A DNA stretch of 64,000 bases from a virus. The notes under the pieces are model-generated. The model did no database searches. It was not told the origin of the DNA and saw only the letters and a list, made by a program, of their open reading frames with translations. A program made the translations under genes and the position numbers. The stretch is from IMG/VR virus record IMGVR_UViG_3300031857_000029, one strand, 5' to 3'. This document shows, in pieces, positions 34,192-46,400 of this stretch; positions within the stretch are counted from its first letter, which is position 1; every line of letters starts with the position of its first letter.

Positions 34192-37100
34192 ATGAGCCAT
34201 AGAATATTTGTAAATACCCAAAATGAAACATATAAAAGGGTCGTAAATAATTCCAAAGGATTTCAATTTGGGTTAGGTATACCTACAGAATTAAGTGACG
34301 ATGAGCGTATTGAACTACAACAATTGGCATACGAAATATATTTTAGTGCCGATGATTTACGGGAAAAGAAACGAAAAATACAAATCATTTTTGACAGTTT
34401 CACCGACCCAAAGTTTTTCGGTGACGGTGCGGTTAAAATTGATAAAGTACAAAAATATATAAGTGACATAGAACTAGAAGTAGCAAGTGCTAGAGCTAAT
34501 ACTAATTTAACAAATACAGTAGCTACAGCAGGTGTAGTAGGGACTGGAGTTGCGGGAGCACTTGCACTTTCGGCCCCCGCGGGAGTTTTTGGGGTATCAA
34601 CTGGTGCACTATTGGCAGGAACTACTGGTGCGTTGGGTATAGCAAGATTTCTTCTCCCATATGCAGGAGTTATATCTGGAATAGTGGCCGTAGCTAATAT
34701 TCTAAAATCAAACGCACAGACAAATAGAGAAGATAATGCTGCGCCTTGGAAAATGACGCGCGCGGATTTCCCTAATATTACCGCACAAGCAATTCAAAAC
34801 TCATCTACTCGTCGGTCAATTGAACGATTATATGATGACCGAGGAGGAATTAAAACATTTGATGTTAGTACCCAAGAAGCTATTGCACTACTTATTCGTG
34901 AAAGTTTGGCTGATGCACTCTTCTGTACATCAACCCCAAATGGTACGGGTATAACATCACCAGAACATCCTGGTCCTGGTGGAAATGGTAATGCAGAAAA
35001 GTGGGTAAATAAAGATGCATTAAAGCGTCACTTCCCATTTACACACGTAACATCTGGTGACGATAGATTAGAACGCACTTATGTTAATGGTTTAATATAT
35101 CTTAAATCATATATTGAACTAATTGATAACATCTTAAATTTACAACAACAATCATTATCACGTTCACCTGACGTAGAACAAGCATTAATTAATATTCCAC
35201 TTCGTATTAGTTTATCTACTGCGAATGTTCAATTATTTAATGCACTTTCACAAACCGCTCGTCAAGTAGTTCGTGAAAAAGTACTGACATTCTTTGATGA
35301 AAATAGAGAATATAAGACATTACTTAACTTCGGTAACGATAGACAATATGTTGCTGAGGCATGGCGTATCGCTCCAAAAGATACTGGGTCTGTACAATTA
35401 AAACTTACCAGACCTCTTGATACGGATATTGCTACAGACACCCCTTCCTTTATCAGTAGAGAAATTGCAGAAACAGTAGTTGATATTGTTAATTTCGCAT
35501 TAGGACCGCTACGAGACACTACCCCATACTTACGCCCATATAATATAGACTCCAGAAATTATATAGATGGTAAGATGTTTGCAACCAACACGACTTTGAC
35601 CAGTCTAGGTTTAGCAACAGGATCAGAAGGCGCAATAATTAATGGTACAACAATTTCATTTGACGATACGGTGTTCCGTCGTTGGTTTACCGGTGACTTC
35701 AAATCATCAGAACTTAATATTGAATTCACTGATTACAACAATTTTGTACATTTCGGGTCTGCCTATAAGAGACTTCAAGCATTCAACGAAAAGCTTATAA
35801 AGATTGATGAATTGACATCGGCAAGTATTTCGTCAAGTGTATCAAGTAGTACTATATCTCTAAAGTTTAAGGCAAGAGAAAAAGAAAATATTATCAGAAA
35901 CTTTGACCCATACGAACAATTCTTGTATTACGCAACTGGGTCTACAGCTTATTCTGCTAGTGCGTTTTATGTAAACAACGAAGTAGAATATAATGCTACG
36001 GGATCGTGGCCAAAGCAAGTAGATGGAACACCATATAGTCCATATAGTACTATCGCTACAAACTGGTTGACGGCACAATCTGCTATCGCTCAACGATACG
36101 ACGATAATAATCCAAATTATCTTACACTGAACTTACCACGATATATCCGAGAAGATACAGATTCCACTGATTTCTTAACTTTATTTGAAATGGTTGGTCA
36201 CTTAGTAGATAATATCAAGGTATACATCGATCAATTTCCAAATATTTATTCAACGAATATCAATCCATTAGAAGAATTGTCGATGGACCAAGTATATGAA
36301 GTTGCACAATCATTTGGGTTGAAGCTACCTAATGTGTACGCACTTGAAAATCTACAAACATTCAATGCACAGTTTGCTGGTGAAAGTGGGTCACGGTCCT
36401 ATGTGGCAGAAACCTGGAAGCGATTCCTTCACAGTATGGTGTACTTTAACAAAACAAAGGGGTCACGCACCTCATTTGATGCGTTGCTAAACACATATGG
36501 TATTAACTCGCCAGTTCTACAAATTAAAGAAACTACAAGTCCATCGGCTGGAAATTATATCCGCTCTGACGAATTAACATATGGATTGACATTTACTGGG
36601 TCTGTTGATAATTTTATTAGAGTACCGTTTGTATCATCATCACTAACGGCCTCAAGTGTTCAATTATCATTTAATCCAACACTTCGTCGTAGTTCTTCAT
36701 TAGTTACTGCAACAAATTGGGCAATTGATTTAGTACCACATCCATCTGCGTCTAAGTTAGACTATGGAAGAATTCACGTAGTCAGTGGGTCTGGTCGCAC
36801 CATTATAGCAACCAGTAGTTACTTTCCACTCTTTAGTGATGACTATACCAACTTGATGTTACGCAGTCAATCAAGTGATATTTCAATTATTCAAACTGAT
36901 GGTGACCAAATTCTGTTCCAAGAATCTGTTACCGCAAGTTTAGGATTACTATGGAACAGTACTACTTTCATTCATGTTGGTGGCTCGGGGTCAACCCAAC
37001 TTGATAATCAGTTTGATGGCGTTGTAGATGAAGTGCGTGTGTGGGGAGAAAACATCTCAAATGATGATTTTGTATCACAAGCATACGATCCAGGTTCATA

Positions 37101-39078
37101 TTACGGAGCAAACTATACCTCGTCATACACAAGTCTGTATATCCACCTCCCGTTTAGTCAACCACTGTCATCAATTACTTCGTCGGTAACAAATGAGAGT
37201 CCTTATCAAAACGTATCTATTGTAGCAACATTACCTGCTAACGGATTCACTACGGCATCATTTACGAGAGTACTAAGAAGTATTAAGCAATTTACACCAA
37301 TTGTAGGGTCTACTATTTACACAAATAAGAAGGTAGTGGTCGCAGACCCACCAGTATTCAACCAGCAATTTGTTGATGAAAATGATACAAAGATATTAAG
37401 TAGATTAACAAGTATTAAGCAAATAGAAGAAAAACAATATAATAGTGGTCAAAATGTAGTATCGTTTGCGGTATCTCCAACGGACTTTATTAATCAAAAC
37501 ATTATTCGGTCAATGGGTGTGGTTGATGTTAATAATATCATTGGTAGTCCACGCTATATTACGGGATCTGGCTATTCAAACTTAGAATCCATAAGAAAGG
37601 ATTATATTGAATATTTCAATCAAACAGTAAAGCCAAATGATTTTATCCGTTTCTTTAAGGACTTAACACAAGGTCCAAGTGAAATGGCAGATGAGATGAG
37701 CCCGGCCCGTGCTAAGTTATTGGACGGTATAGTAATAGAATCGCCTGTATTATCTCGCAATAAAGACACATTGGTGCGCTCTATCACGGTTAATGGTACG
37801 GCAACTAAAAAGTTTGAAGCATATGCTTCTGGGTCTGGTTCATCGTGGGATAGTATAACTACCGTAGGGGCATACTCTTTCTTAGATTCCGATGAATATA
37901 TAAAACCACTTCCTGTACCGTTTGCGGATACATTGCCTATTACCGCAATTCTTCCAATGTCAAGTAGTATTGATATTAAGGAAAGTACTAAATCGACCAA
38001 ATTACCTCCATTTCAGCGTGTAGTACAAAAAGTTGGTAATGATTATGTAACATCATCATTTTTAGACCAAAATAGTTCATTTGCTACACTGGAAGCATTA
38101 CCAATAGATACAGAAACATCTGTAGGTACAACTGGTTCTGGATATCCTAGAAATCCGTTTGTCGGTATTCCAGCATCGGGAAGTCTTCCAAGAAGGTTCC
38201 CAAGTGAAGAAGGAACATTAATTCCGTTCTACGATATACCACCTCGTTCAGACTTTAAAGATGTGGGATCATTTAGTTATTTCCATAAACAAAATGGTGT
38301 ATATTCGTATGATATTTACACCTTGTATAAAAAACCGTATATAGTTAAATTTGATGATGGGACACTAGGTCAAATCAACTTAGACTCACCAACAGAGCGT
38401 GAACTCTCTCCGTTAACATTAGTAGAAACGGGGTCGTTACCAGAAGAATATGGAAGAAATGCAACATTCATATCTACCGCTAGTTATGCCGGTGGAGAAC
38501 AAGTTGTTGGAAGTATACTTATTGCTAATTTATTTACACTATATGGATTAAATGGGCCTACGGGATTACGCTTACGCTTATATAATGACCAAACCAAACA
38601 ATCTCTTGATTCCACAAGAGATTTCTATACATTACCTACAGGAAGTCACGGCGTATTATTTGATGGATTATTAGCTGGGTCAGCCGATGTGTTTCCATAT
38701 GTTATGGCCCAAACTACTAATTCAATAATTTACTATACAATAGATAATTTAACAGCAAGTCCAATAAGTTCTTCGATAATATTCAATTATTTCGCATACG
38801 ACCCCGATAATTTATATCCACGCGGATACTTACCAAGACATTATAAATTTAGTAGAGATAATGGAACTTCTATTAAGAGAAGAAACTATTTGGGTTGTAG
38901 AAGTGTGAATAAAACATTTGACGGACAATCACCATTTACAGTGTCTATTTCGACAGAAAATACAGTTGTAGTAAATACCTTTGCAACTCAAGCGGCCGCT
39001 GGCACGGGAACAGTTAAAATTCCTACCGAAAATCCTGGAATTAGATTTGGGGGTAGAGGTCGGTTAGGCGTCGAATAA
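34192..39078 (+). CDS. large baseplate/tail protein with LamG-like domain
   Basis: 1628 aa; KTKGSR..FDALLNTYGI wedge-like motif; FDGVVDEVRVWG. Confidence 0.65.
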   Translation: MSHRIFVNTQNETYKRVVNNSKGFQFGLGIPTELSDDERIELQQLAYEIYFSADDLREKKRKIQIIFDSFTDPKFFGDGAVKIDKVQKYISDIELEVASARANTNLTNTVATAGVVGTGVAGALALSAPAGVFGVSTGALLAGTTGALGIARFLLPYAGVISGIVAVANILKSNAQTNREDNAAPWKMTRADFPNITAQAIQNSSTRRSIERLYDDRGGIKTFDVSTQEAIALLIRESLADALFCTSTPNGTGITSPEHPGPGGNGNAEKWVNKDALKRHFPFTHVTSGDDRLERTYVNGLIYLKSYIELIDNILNLQQQSLSRSPDVEQALINIPLRISLSTANVQLFNALSQTARQVVREKVLTFFDENREYKTLLNFGNDRQYVAEAWRIAPKDTGSVQLKLTRPLDTDIATDTPSFISREIAETVVDIVNFALGPLRDTTPYLRPYNIDSRNYIDGKMFATNTTLTSLGLATGSEGAIINGTTISFDDTVFRRWFTGDFKSSELNIEFTDYNNFVHFGSAYKRLQAFNEKLIKIDELTSASISSSVSSSTISLKFKAREKENIIRNFDPYEQFLYYATGSTAYSASAFYVNNEVEYNATGSWPKQVDGTPYSPYSTIATNWLTAQSAIAQRYDDNNPNYLTLNLPRYIREDTDSTDFLTLFEMVGHLVDNIKVYIDQFPNIYSTNINPLEELSMDQVYEVAQSFGLKLPNVYALENLQTFNAQFAGESGSRSYVAETWKRFLHSMVYFNKTKGSRTSFDALLNTYGINSPVLQIKETTSPSAGNYIRSDELTYGLTFTGSVDNFIRVPFVSSSLTASSVQLSFNPTLRRSSSLVTATNWAIDLVPHPSASKLDYGRIHVVSGSGRTIIATSSYFPLFSDDYTNLMLRSQSSDISIIQTDGDQILFQESVTASLGLLWNSTTFIHVGGSGSTQLDNQFDGVVDEVRVWGENISNDDFVSQAYDPGSYYGANYTSSYTSLYIHLPFSQPLSSITSSVTNESPYQNVSIVATLPANGFTTASFTRVLRSIKQFTPIVGSTIYTNKKVVVADPPVFNQQFVDENDTKILSRLTSIKQIEEKQYNSGQNVVSFAVSPTDFINQNIIRSMGVVDVNNIIGSPRYITGSGYSNLESIRKDYIEYFNQTVKPNDFIRFFKDLTQGPSEMADEMSPARAKLLDGIVIESPVLSRNKDTLVRSITVNGTATKKFEAYASGSGSSWDSITTVGAYSFLDSDEYIKPLPVPFADTLPITAILPMSSSIDIKESTKSTKLPPFQRVVQKVGNDYVTSSFLDQNSSFATLEALPIDTETSVGTTGSGYPRNPFVGIPASGSLPRRFPSEEGTLIPFYDIPPRSDFKDVGSFSYFHKQNGVYSYDIYTLYKKPYIVKFDDGTLGQINLDSPTERELSPLTLVETGSLPEEYGRNATFISTASYAGGEQVVGSILIANLFTLYGLNGPTGLRLRLYNDQTKQSLDSTRDFYTLPTGSHGVLFDGLLAGSADVFPYVMAQTTNSIIYYTIDNLTASPISSSIIFNYFAYDPDNLYPRGYLPRHYKFSRDNGTSIKRRNYLGCRSVNKTFDGQSPFTVSISTENTVVVNTFATQAAAGTGTVKIPTENPGIRFGGRGRLGVE

Positions 39079-39141
39079 TGGATTTAAATTAAAATACTTT
39101 ATACTTATATTAGTTGTACTTCACTCAGGAGAATTTAGACT

Positions 39142-39801
39142 ATGGGATACCTAGACAAATCCACAATTACCGTGGACGCTATTTTAACCAATCGTGGTCG
39201 GGAGCTTTTGTCGCAAGGCACCGGCACGGGTAATTTTCAAATTACCAAGTTCGCAGTTTCAGATGACGAAGTAGATTACGGTCTTTATAATACCGCTCAT
39301 CCACTTGGGTCAAACTATTATGGGTCTATTATTGAAAATATGCCTGTATTAGAAGCAACTCCTGATGAAACTCAAATCATGCGCTACAAGTTGGTCAGTA
39401 TTACTGGTGAAGACTTAACCCGTTTTGGTAGTATTGTTATCCCACAAATTCAAATCCAAGGTACAGCAATTCCTTCAAACGGAATCGTAAGTCTTTATTT
39501 TAGTCCAACCTCTGGACAAACTACTATTACTATACGACCAACCACAACATTCACATCTACGGTATCAGAAACGGAAAGTAGTTACACATTACTTTTAGCA
39601 GACAGTACATTAGCGACAGTAGAAGTAAAAACTCCTGCAACAGGTGTAATACAAGCAAATAACCGTGGTTCCATATCAGCAAATGGATTAGAATTTACTA
39701 TAACCGCTCTCAATAAGACCGGTTCAACCTCAGTAACTATCTTTGGTGGAACCTCTGGGGCTGTGTATAACTTTACGCTGTCCACCAACGCTTCCGCATA
39801 A
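39142..39801 (+). CDS. virion structural protein
   Basis: MGYLD..TITVDAILT.RGRELL, ITKFA.SDDEVDY; preceded by TACTTATA (39102-39109). Confidence 0.65.
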   Translation: MGYLDKSTITVDAILTNRGRELLSQGTGTGNFQITKFAVSDDEVDYGLYNTAHPLGSNYYGSIIENMPVLEATPDETQIMRYKLVSITGEDLTRFGSIVIPQIQIQGTAIPSNGIVSLYFSPTSGQTTITIRPTTTFTSTVSETESSYTLLLADSTLATVEVKTPATGVIQANNRGSISANGLEFTITALNKTGSTSVTIFGGTSGAVYNFTLSTNASA

Positions 39802-39821
39802 TCAACCCCTAGGAATATCTT

Positions 39822-40880
39822 ATGGCATATAATATCTTTACACAACTTAGTCAAAATGATGATATTACATCACTCGGTGGTACCGAAGTTACCACGGGGA
39901 TGTGGTCGGGAGACACAGGAAGTCTTTCTACATTCTTCACCTCTAGTACACAAGTAGCAACCTCTGGTGAATTCTACTACGACGTATTTAATCTAAACCC
40001 GAATGCAGGCGGTAGTGACTCCGCAGAAGCACAATTTGCAGTTGCATATGGACATGTAAGTGGAAGTGGTTCTCCACCACTCAGTACATTAGATACATCC
40101 ACGTTACCAACACAAGTAATTTATGCACAGTATCGTAATATTTTGTTGAATAAAGATACCGAATTATTCACATTCGACCAAACAACATCAAACGATATTT
40201 ATGTCATCAATATACAACGCTCAAGACTTCGCCAAGCAATTGACCCTGGCAACTGGCAATTAAACCTTTCTGGTTCAACTGGCAAAAGTACTTTTATTGA
40301 TGATAGTGGACTTAGTACCGCAGTACAAGGTAATCTAGTTGCAAACAATGTATACAATATTCGATCTGGTACTATTGATGATGGATTTGCAACGGGTAAC
40401 TCTACAGTATACGGACTCGCGTTCCCAGATTACGGAGTAATTATTCTCCATCCACCGGCAATTAGATCGGCAGTAGGATTTGTTGCTCCCGCAAATAACG
40501 GTAGAACATTAACGGCACTTCCATTCGCACCATACACAGGAAGTGGGATTACTACTTATCAAAATGACCACGAAGGTTTGTTGCGTTCAATAAAGTTGGG
40601 TGGAGATTTCCAAGCTCGTTCGGCTGAAACAATTACATCAACCAACTATTTCATTCGTTTAAGAAATACTCAGTACAATTTTTCAAATAACCCAACATAC
40701 TTCACTGGTTCAAACCCACAAAATGTATTAGAACCATTCCGTGTCAAACCAATTTCATACGTAACCACCATTGGTTTGTATAATGATTCAAACGAATTGT
40801 TGGCAGTAGCAAAACTCAGTAGACCAGTCCAAAAGAGTACCGATAAGGAAGCATTAGTTCGCGTTCGCTTAGATTACTAA
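39822..40880 (+). CDS. tail/baseplate structural protein
   Basis: C-terminal YVTTIGLYNDSNELLAVAKLSRP. Confidence 0.65.
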   Translation: MAYNIFTQLSQNDDITSLGGTEVTTGMWSGDTGSLSTFFTSSTQVATSGEFYYDVFNLNPNAGGSDSAEAQFAVAYGHVSGSGSPPLSTLDTSTLPTQVIYAQYRNILLNKDTELFTFDQTTSNDIYVINIQRSRLRQAIDPGNWQLNLSGSTGKSTFIDDSGLSTAVQGNLVANNVYNIRSGTIDDGFATGNSTVYGLAFPDYGVIILHPPAIRSAVGFVAPANNGRTLTALPFAPYTGSGITTYQNDHEGLLRSIKLGGDFQARSAETITSTNYFIRLRNTQYNFSNNPTYFTGSNPQNVLEPFRVKPISYVTTIGLYNDSNELLAVAKLSRPVQKSTDKEALVRVRLDY

Positions 40881-40901
40881 GTCGTACAGGATGGATAACC
40901 C

Positions 40902-41729
40902 ATGACCATACCTGTTACTGCGTATAAATCTCTATCACCGAACGAATATACAATAACTCCGTTTCGGACGTATGCTTCACATGTATACACATATGTGTCT
41001 GGGTCTACGAACAATTCTGTAGATGTTCAGGTTTCATTAGGTATTAAATTTGACACGGCATCCCAAGGATTGCGTGTAGAAGATGACAAGTATGAATTGT
41101 TTGATTCAATTGTACAAACATTCTACTCATCAATTCCATATGCATCGTATGGTATACAATCATCATCGTATCACCCAACAGGTTCTGTGTTTGTTATAAG
41201 TGCAACACAAGATATATTTGGTGAAGAAGTAAAACCAGGCACATTTACTGTACAAGTAGGTACATCATCTTCTATCGATGATGGATATGGTAACTTAATC
41301 GTATCAGAATCGGGTACAGGCTCTAAGATTGGTCGTATTTTCTACGACAAGGGCATCGCCATCATCAAACCAATATCAAGTATTGCTGGTGGCGGATTAA
41401 CTAAAAATGGTATTTGTATTGTTAGTGGAACAAATGTTCAAGTGCAACTTACTTCGTCTGTCAAATTATTTGAACATAATATTCGGGTGAAACTAAACCC
41501 AACCGATTTCTTATATTCAGTATATAATCCGTCGGCAAACAAGAATATGTTTACGGGGTCATTTAGTACCCCACTAGAATTGATGACATCACAAAGTCTA
41601 TATCCATATATTACGACAATCGGTTTATATAATCCAGATAACGAGTTAGTCGCAGTTGCAAAAGTATCAAATCCAATTCAACGAACCGATTATTCCGTTC
41701 AAACATTTGTTGTCAAATTTGACACCTGA
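40902..41729 (+). CDS. tail/baseplate structural protein (paralog of previous)
   Basis: YITTIGLYNPDNELVAVAKVSNP; DDG.GNL. Confidence 0.65.
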   Translation: MTIPVTAYKSLSPNEYTITPFRTYASHVYTYVSGSTNNSVDVQVSLGIKFDTASQGLRVEDDKYELFDSIVQTFYSSIPYASYGIQSSSYHPTGSVFVISATQDIFGEEVKPGTFTVQVGTSSSIDDGYGNLIVSESGTGSKIGRIFYDKGIAIIKPISSIAGGGLTKNGICIVSGTNVQVQLTSSVKLFEHNIRVKLNPTDFLYSVYNPSANKNMFTGSFSTPLELMTSQSLYPYITTIGLYNPDNELVAVAKVSNPIQRTDYSVQTFVVKFDT

Positions 41730-41737
41730 GGATTCTT

Positions 41738-42118
41738 ATGGCACTCAAAGATATTTATGATAACTGGGCGTTTAAACCACTAGCCGGAGTAGGCGCAGCG
41801 GGTAATCCACGCACTCAGTCAGAAGGTAAGTTTTCAGTAGATTTTTTACAAAACACTTATCAAAATGAAGTAGCAAATCGTACACCTGGTGATAAGGTGG
41901 TAACACAAGCAACCGCAGACAATGCAACTGTTGGAGAATTTAATACCGCCGCATTGGGGTATTATTCAACATTAGTTAATAGTCCGCTTAAAGCATATAA
42001 GTCCAGAGTTATTCACAAATATAACTCAGCCACAAACAAAACATTTTTGGATTCAACACAAATAAAGAATACTCCAGGTGCACTATACATTAGTCCCGAA
42101 GTATCCGCAGCAGAATAA
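41738..42118 (+). CDS. hypothetical protein
   Basis: GAGG RBS, 126 aa. Confidence 0.65.
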   Translation: MALKDIYDNWAFKPLAGVGAAGNPRTQSEGKFSVDFLQNTYQNEVANRTPGDKVVTQATADNATVGEFNTAALGYYSTLVNSPLKAYKSRVIHKYNSATNKTFLDSTQIKNTPGALYISPEVSAAE

Positions 42119-42137
42119 TTAAAATAAAGAGGTTATT

Positions 42138-42488
42138 ATGAAGCCACGTTCGGCTAAAAACAAAGGTAAACGGTTACAAAATGCTATACGAGATATGATT
42201 TTGGAAAACTTCACACAGCTGGAACCAGATGATGTGGTTTCAACTTTGATGGGTGATAGTGGAACAGATATTAAGTTGTCACCTGCGGCGCGGAAGCTAT
42301 TTCCTTACTCTCCAGAGTGCAAGAACCAAGAAAAGATGAACATCTGGTCATCTCTGGAACAAGCAGAAACGAATACGAAAGAAGGAACGACTCCCGTTCT
42401 GTTCTTTAAGAGAAACAATACGCCAGTGTACGCGGTTATTCCCGCAGAACACTTTTTTCAATTGGTAAATAAAAAGACAGTTGAATAA
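42138..42488 (+). CDS. Holliday junction resolvase-like PD-(D/E)xK nuclease
   Basis: SAKNKGKRLQ, G.DI, ECKNQE. Confidence 0.65.
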   Translation: MKPRSAKNKGKRLQNAIRDMILENFTQLEPDDVVSTLMGDSGTDIKLSPAARKLFPYSPECKNQEKMNIWSSLEQAETNTKEGTTPVLFFKRNNTPVYAVIPAEHFFQLVNKKTVE

Positions 42489-42496
42489 AAAATAAC

Positions 42497-42525
42497 TTGA
42501 CAACTTACTAAAGAGGGGTTAGATT
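42497..42525 (+). promoter_or_regulatory. sigma70-type promoter
   Basis: TTGACA-N17-TAGATT, ending 6 nt before the primase ATG. Confidence 0.6.
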
Positions 42526-42531
42526 TGTAGT

Positions 42532-43443
42532 ATGAATCTAATCTCTCTTTTGTCGCAAATATTAGGTGATTTTAAACAGTTTGGAAATGGTGAGCACTAT
42601 TTCCAATGTCCGTTTTGCCATAATCATAAGAGAAAGTTCGCTGTCAATTTATTAAAAAATGTTTTTCATTGTTGGCATTGTGGGGCTAAGGGTCGTTCTT
42701 TAATAACATTATTTAAGAGATTGGACGTATCCCCGTCCCAGATGAAGGAACTACGGTCACTATTGTCCGATGACCAAGTTCGCAATTACAAAGAAACAGA
42801 AGATGAAGTAACCGACCTACATCTTCCGCCGGGGTATAAACCACTCTGGATTCCAACCAAGAGTCTCCAGTATAAGCACGCTCTCCGATATTTAACGAAG
42901 AGAGGAATCACAGGATATGATATTATCCGTTATCAAATGGGGTATACGATTGATGGTCCTTATGCCAATCGGATTATTATTCCTTCATATGACCAGAATA
43001 ACAAGCTAAACTATTTCATCGCCCGTAGTTTCTATGATGACGGAATGAAGTATAAGAATCCACCAGTTTCGAAGAATGTGGTGATGTTCGAGAACCAAAT
43101 AAACTGGAAGATGCCTTTGGTATTGTGTGAAGGTGTGTTCGATGCTATCGCAATTCGTCGAAACGCCGTACCTCTTTTGGGTAAGTTCATACCCAAAAAG
43201 CTGTTGAAGGAAATGGTCAAGAACAAAGTGAAAGATGTGTATGTCGTATTGGATGATGATGCGCTAAATGACGCACGAGAAATAGAACAAACGCTGAATG
43301 CATATGAAATGAATGTCAAGTTAGTAAACCTTGACAAGAAAGACCCTTCGGAGTTAGGTTTCAAAGATACATGGGAATGTATTGAACGAGGAACCGCAAC
43401 AACCTTTAAAGACTATATTGGTGGCAGGTTACAAAATCTATGA
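42532..43443 (+). CDS. DNA primase (zinc finger + TOPRIM)
   Basis: CPFC...CWHC, RIIIPS, YKNP, LCEGVFDA, LDDDA, KDPSE. Confidence 0.9.
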   Translation: MNLISLLSQILGDFKQFGNGEHYFQCPFCHNHKRKFAVNLLKNVFHCWHCGAKGRSLITLFKRLDVSPSQMKELRSLLSDDQVRNYKETEDEVTDLHLPPGYKPLWIPTKSLQYKHALRYLTKRGITGYDIIRYQMGYTIDGPYANRIIIPSYDQNNKLNYFIARSFYDDGMKYKNPPVSKNVVMFENQINWKMPLVLCEGVFDAIAIRRNAVPLLGKFIPKKLLKEMVKNKVKDVYVVLDDDALNDAREIEQTLNAYEMNVKLVNLDKKDPSELGFKDTWECIERGTATTFKDYIGGRLQNL

Positions 43444-46400
43444 AAATTACTGTACCATTTACGAAGTTACGAACAATTGCACATTGTGCCGACATTCATA
43501 TTCGACTCTTTAAGCGGCACGAAGAATATCGAGGAGCATTTACTACATTCTATGAGCAACTCCGTCAGACAGATTTGACCGATGGAGTGATTGTCGTTGC
43601 TGGTGACATCCTTCATGCCAAGACCGATATGAGTCCAGAAATGGTGGAACTTGCCTCAGAGTTCCTCCGTAATCTTGCGGATATCGCTCCTACCTTTGTC
43701 ATCGCCGGCAACCACGACCTCAATCTCTCCAATATGAACCGATTGGACAGCTTGACACCGATTATTAAGAATCTCAATCACCAAAATCTTCATTACTTCA
43801 AGCACTCCGACATCTACCAAGTTGCTGACATAGATTTCGCAGTATTCTCTATATTAGATGACCGTGAACAATGGCCCGATGTTCAAAACTGTCGGAAGAA
43901 CGCAAAGAAAATTGCATTGTACCACGGACCTGTTCACGGCGCACAAACCGATGTCAAGTATGTTATTACCAATCGTCATGTAGGTGTGGATACATTTGAA
44001 GGATATGATGTCGTGTTGCTTGGTGACATTCACAAGTATCAAGTTCTTCAAGAAAGTAATCCAGTTATCGTATACTCCTCGTCACTTATTCAACAGAATC
44101 ACGGAGAGTCGGTTACTGGTCACGGTTGGTGCTTGTGGAATGTTGAAGATTGTACACATATATTCAAGGAACTTCCTAACGCATACGGTTATTACACATT
44201 GGAGTTGGTCGAAGGTAAGATTAACTTCCCAACTGATATGCCGAAGAATGTTCGACTTCGTTTGTTTACGGGGAATGCTGATACCTCACTCGTCAAGAAG
44301 ACGACCGCCGCATTACGGAAACGGTATAATGTTATTGAGCTGAGTATCAACAAGAACCGATTCAATACATCCAGCCCGTCATATCGGAAGGGAACACATC
44401 TTACCACGGATGTTACGAATCTTAATACACAGAACTCTCTCATCCAAGATTGGATTGAGCGGAATCACGAAACGATTGACGATGAGTTGATGAAAAAGAT
44501 TATTGCGGTCAACACGAAGTTGAATGCACAAGTCAACCACGATGACCATTCACGGAACATTCACTGGCGTCCGTTAAAGTTTACGTTCTCTAATATGTTC
44601 TCATATGGAGAGGGTAACGAAATCAATTTTGAACATATGCAAGGATTGCATGGTGTGTTTGCCCCAAACGCATCTGGAAAGAGTTCGTCGATGGACGCCC
44701 TCATCTTCTGCTTGTACGATAAGACCCCACGGGCATTCCGTGGTGACCATATTATGAACAATCGTAAGGACACATTTGAGTGTGAATTGAAGTTTGAAAT
44801 TGACCAAGACATCTATTTCATTCGTAGAACTGGTACACGGAAAAAGACTGGCGATGTTAAGGTAGACGTATCATTCTGGAAGGAGAACGAAGATGGTACC
44901 CATACGTCATTAAACGGCGAAGACCGCCGGGACACTAACGCTAATATTCGTAACTATGTGGGTAGTTATGAAGATTTCGTACTGACTGCATTAAGTAGTC
45001 AAACGGCAAATGCACTCTTCATTGATAAGTCACATTCTGAACGAAAGGACTTACTTATTCAATTTATGGGATTGAATGTGTTTGATAAATTGTTTGATAC
45101 AGCAAACGAAGAGTGTAAGGAAATCTCTGGTGCGTTAAAGAAGTTCAAGAAAGTTGACTTTGACCAAGTAATCGCAGATGCTCAGACAAAGTTGGAAGAT
45201 AATAAGGTCAAGCATGAGAAGGTCGAAACTACGATTACCGACCTTAAAGAAGAACGAGATATGTTGGATGAGAAGCTGAGGGAATGGCAAAACCAAAAGC
45301 GTCCAGTACCAAACATTACACTAGATATGGACGTATTGATTTCTACTTTGGCTAAGTCTGTTGACCAAATCTTAGAATATTCTGAGGGCAAGGTAGATGC
45401 GGAAAAGAGACTGGAAGCTATCAACACTAGTATTAAGGAACGTACGCAAGCAATAGTTGATGCAAACATTCCAGAACTTCGTCAGTCGGTGGAAGAGTAT
45501 AATAAACTTTCTGCCTTATTGAACAAGGGCAGTAGTGCGTTAAAGTTGACCACTTCGAAGGTTACTGAAAAAGAAAAGTTCAAGACCAAACTGGAAAGTT
45601 ACAAGTATAATCCAGATTGTAACGTCTGCGTAGAAAACAATAAGTCAATTATTGAGGATATGGAGTCGGTCACTCACGAATTGGTTGATTTATATGAACT
45701 TCAATCCAAACAAGAAGATGCGGTCAACGAAATTAAGCAACAGATGGAACCGTTGGTTGATAAGGTCAACCTCTGTGCACATTATGAGAAGTTACAAAAC
45801 GAAGTCCAACAGTTCCAAAAGAAGGCAGGTACGGTTGAGTTGGAAATCCAGAAGTTGATTACTAATATTGAAAAGTGTGACCGTCAGCGGGAACAGACAG
45901 AAAAAGATATTGAATTATTTAAGACAAACGAGGACAATATCAGACACAACAAAGAAATTGATATGCATATTGGTCACGTGGAATATGATATCAATGTAAG
46001 TAAGAAGGCGATGGACAAGTTGGAGAAGCAACTTCGTGAATTGCATGGAGAAATCAAGGTACTCGAAGCTACTAAGGCTGATGTTCTTAACCAAATTAAG
46101 GAAGCCGAAGAGCTTGAGGATACCTACGAGGCTTACAAGTATTATATGGAAGCCGTGGGTCGTGACGGGGTGCCATACGAACTGATGTCACGGGCAATCC
46201 CAGCAATCGAATCTGAAATAAATAATATTTTAACACAGATTGCAGAGTTTACCATTTCTCTTGAAGTGGACGGGAAGAACATTCTTGGGAAGCTGAATTA
46301 CGACCACGAACGTATCTGGCCGTTGGAAAACTCGTCTGGTATGGAACGGTTTATTAGTAGTTTAGCTATCCGTGTGGCATTGTTGAACGCCTCAAATCTT

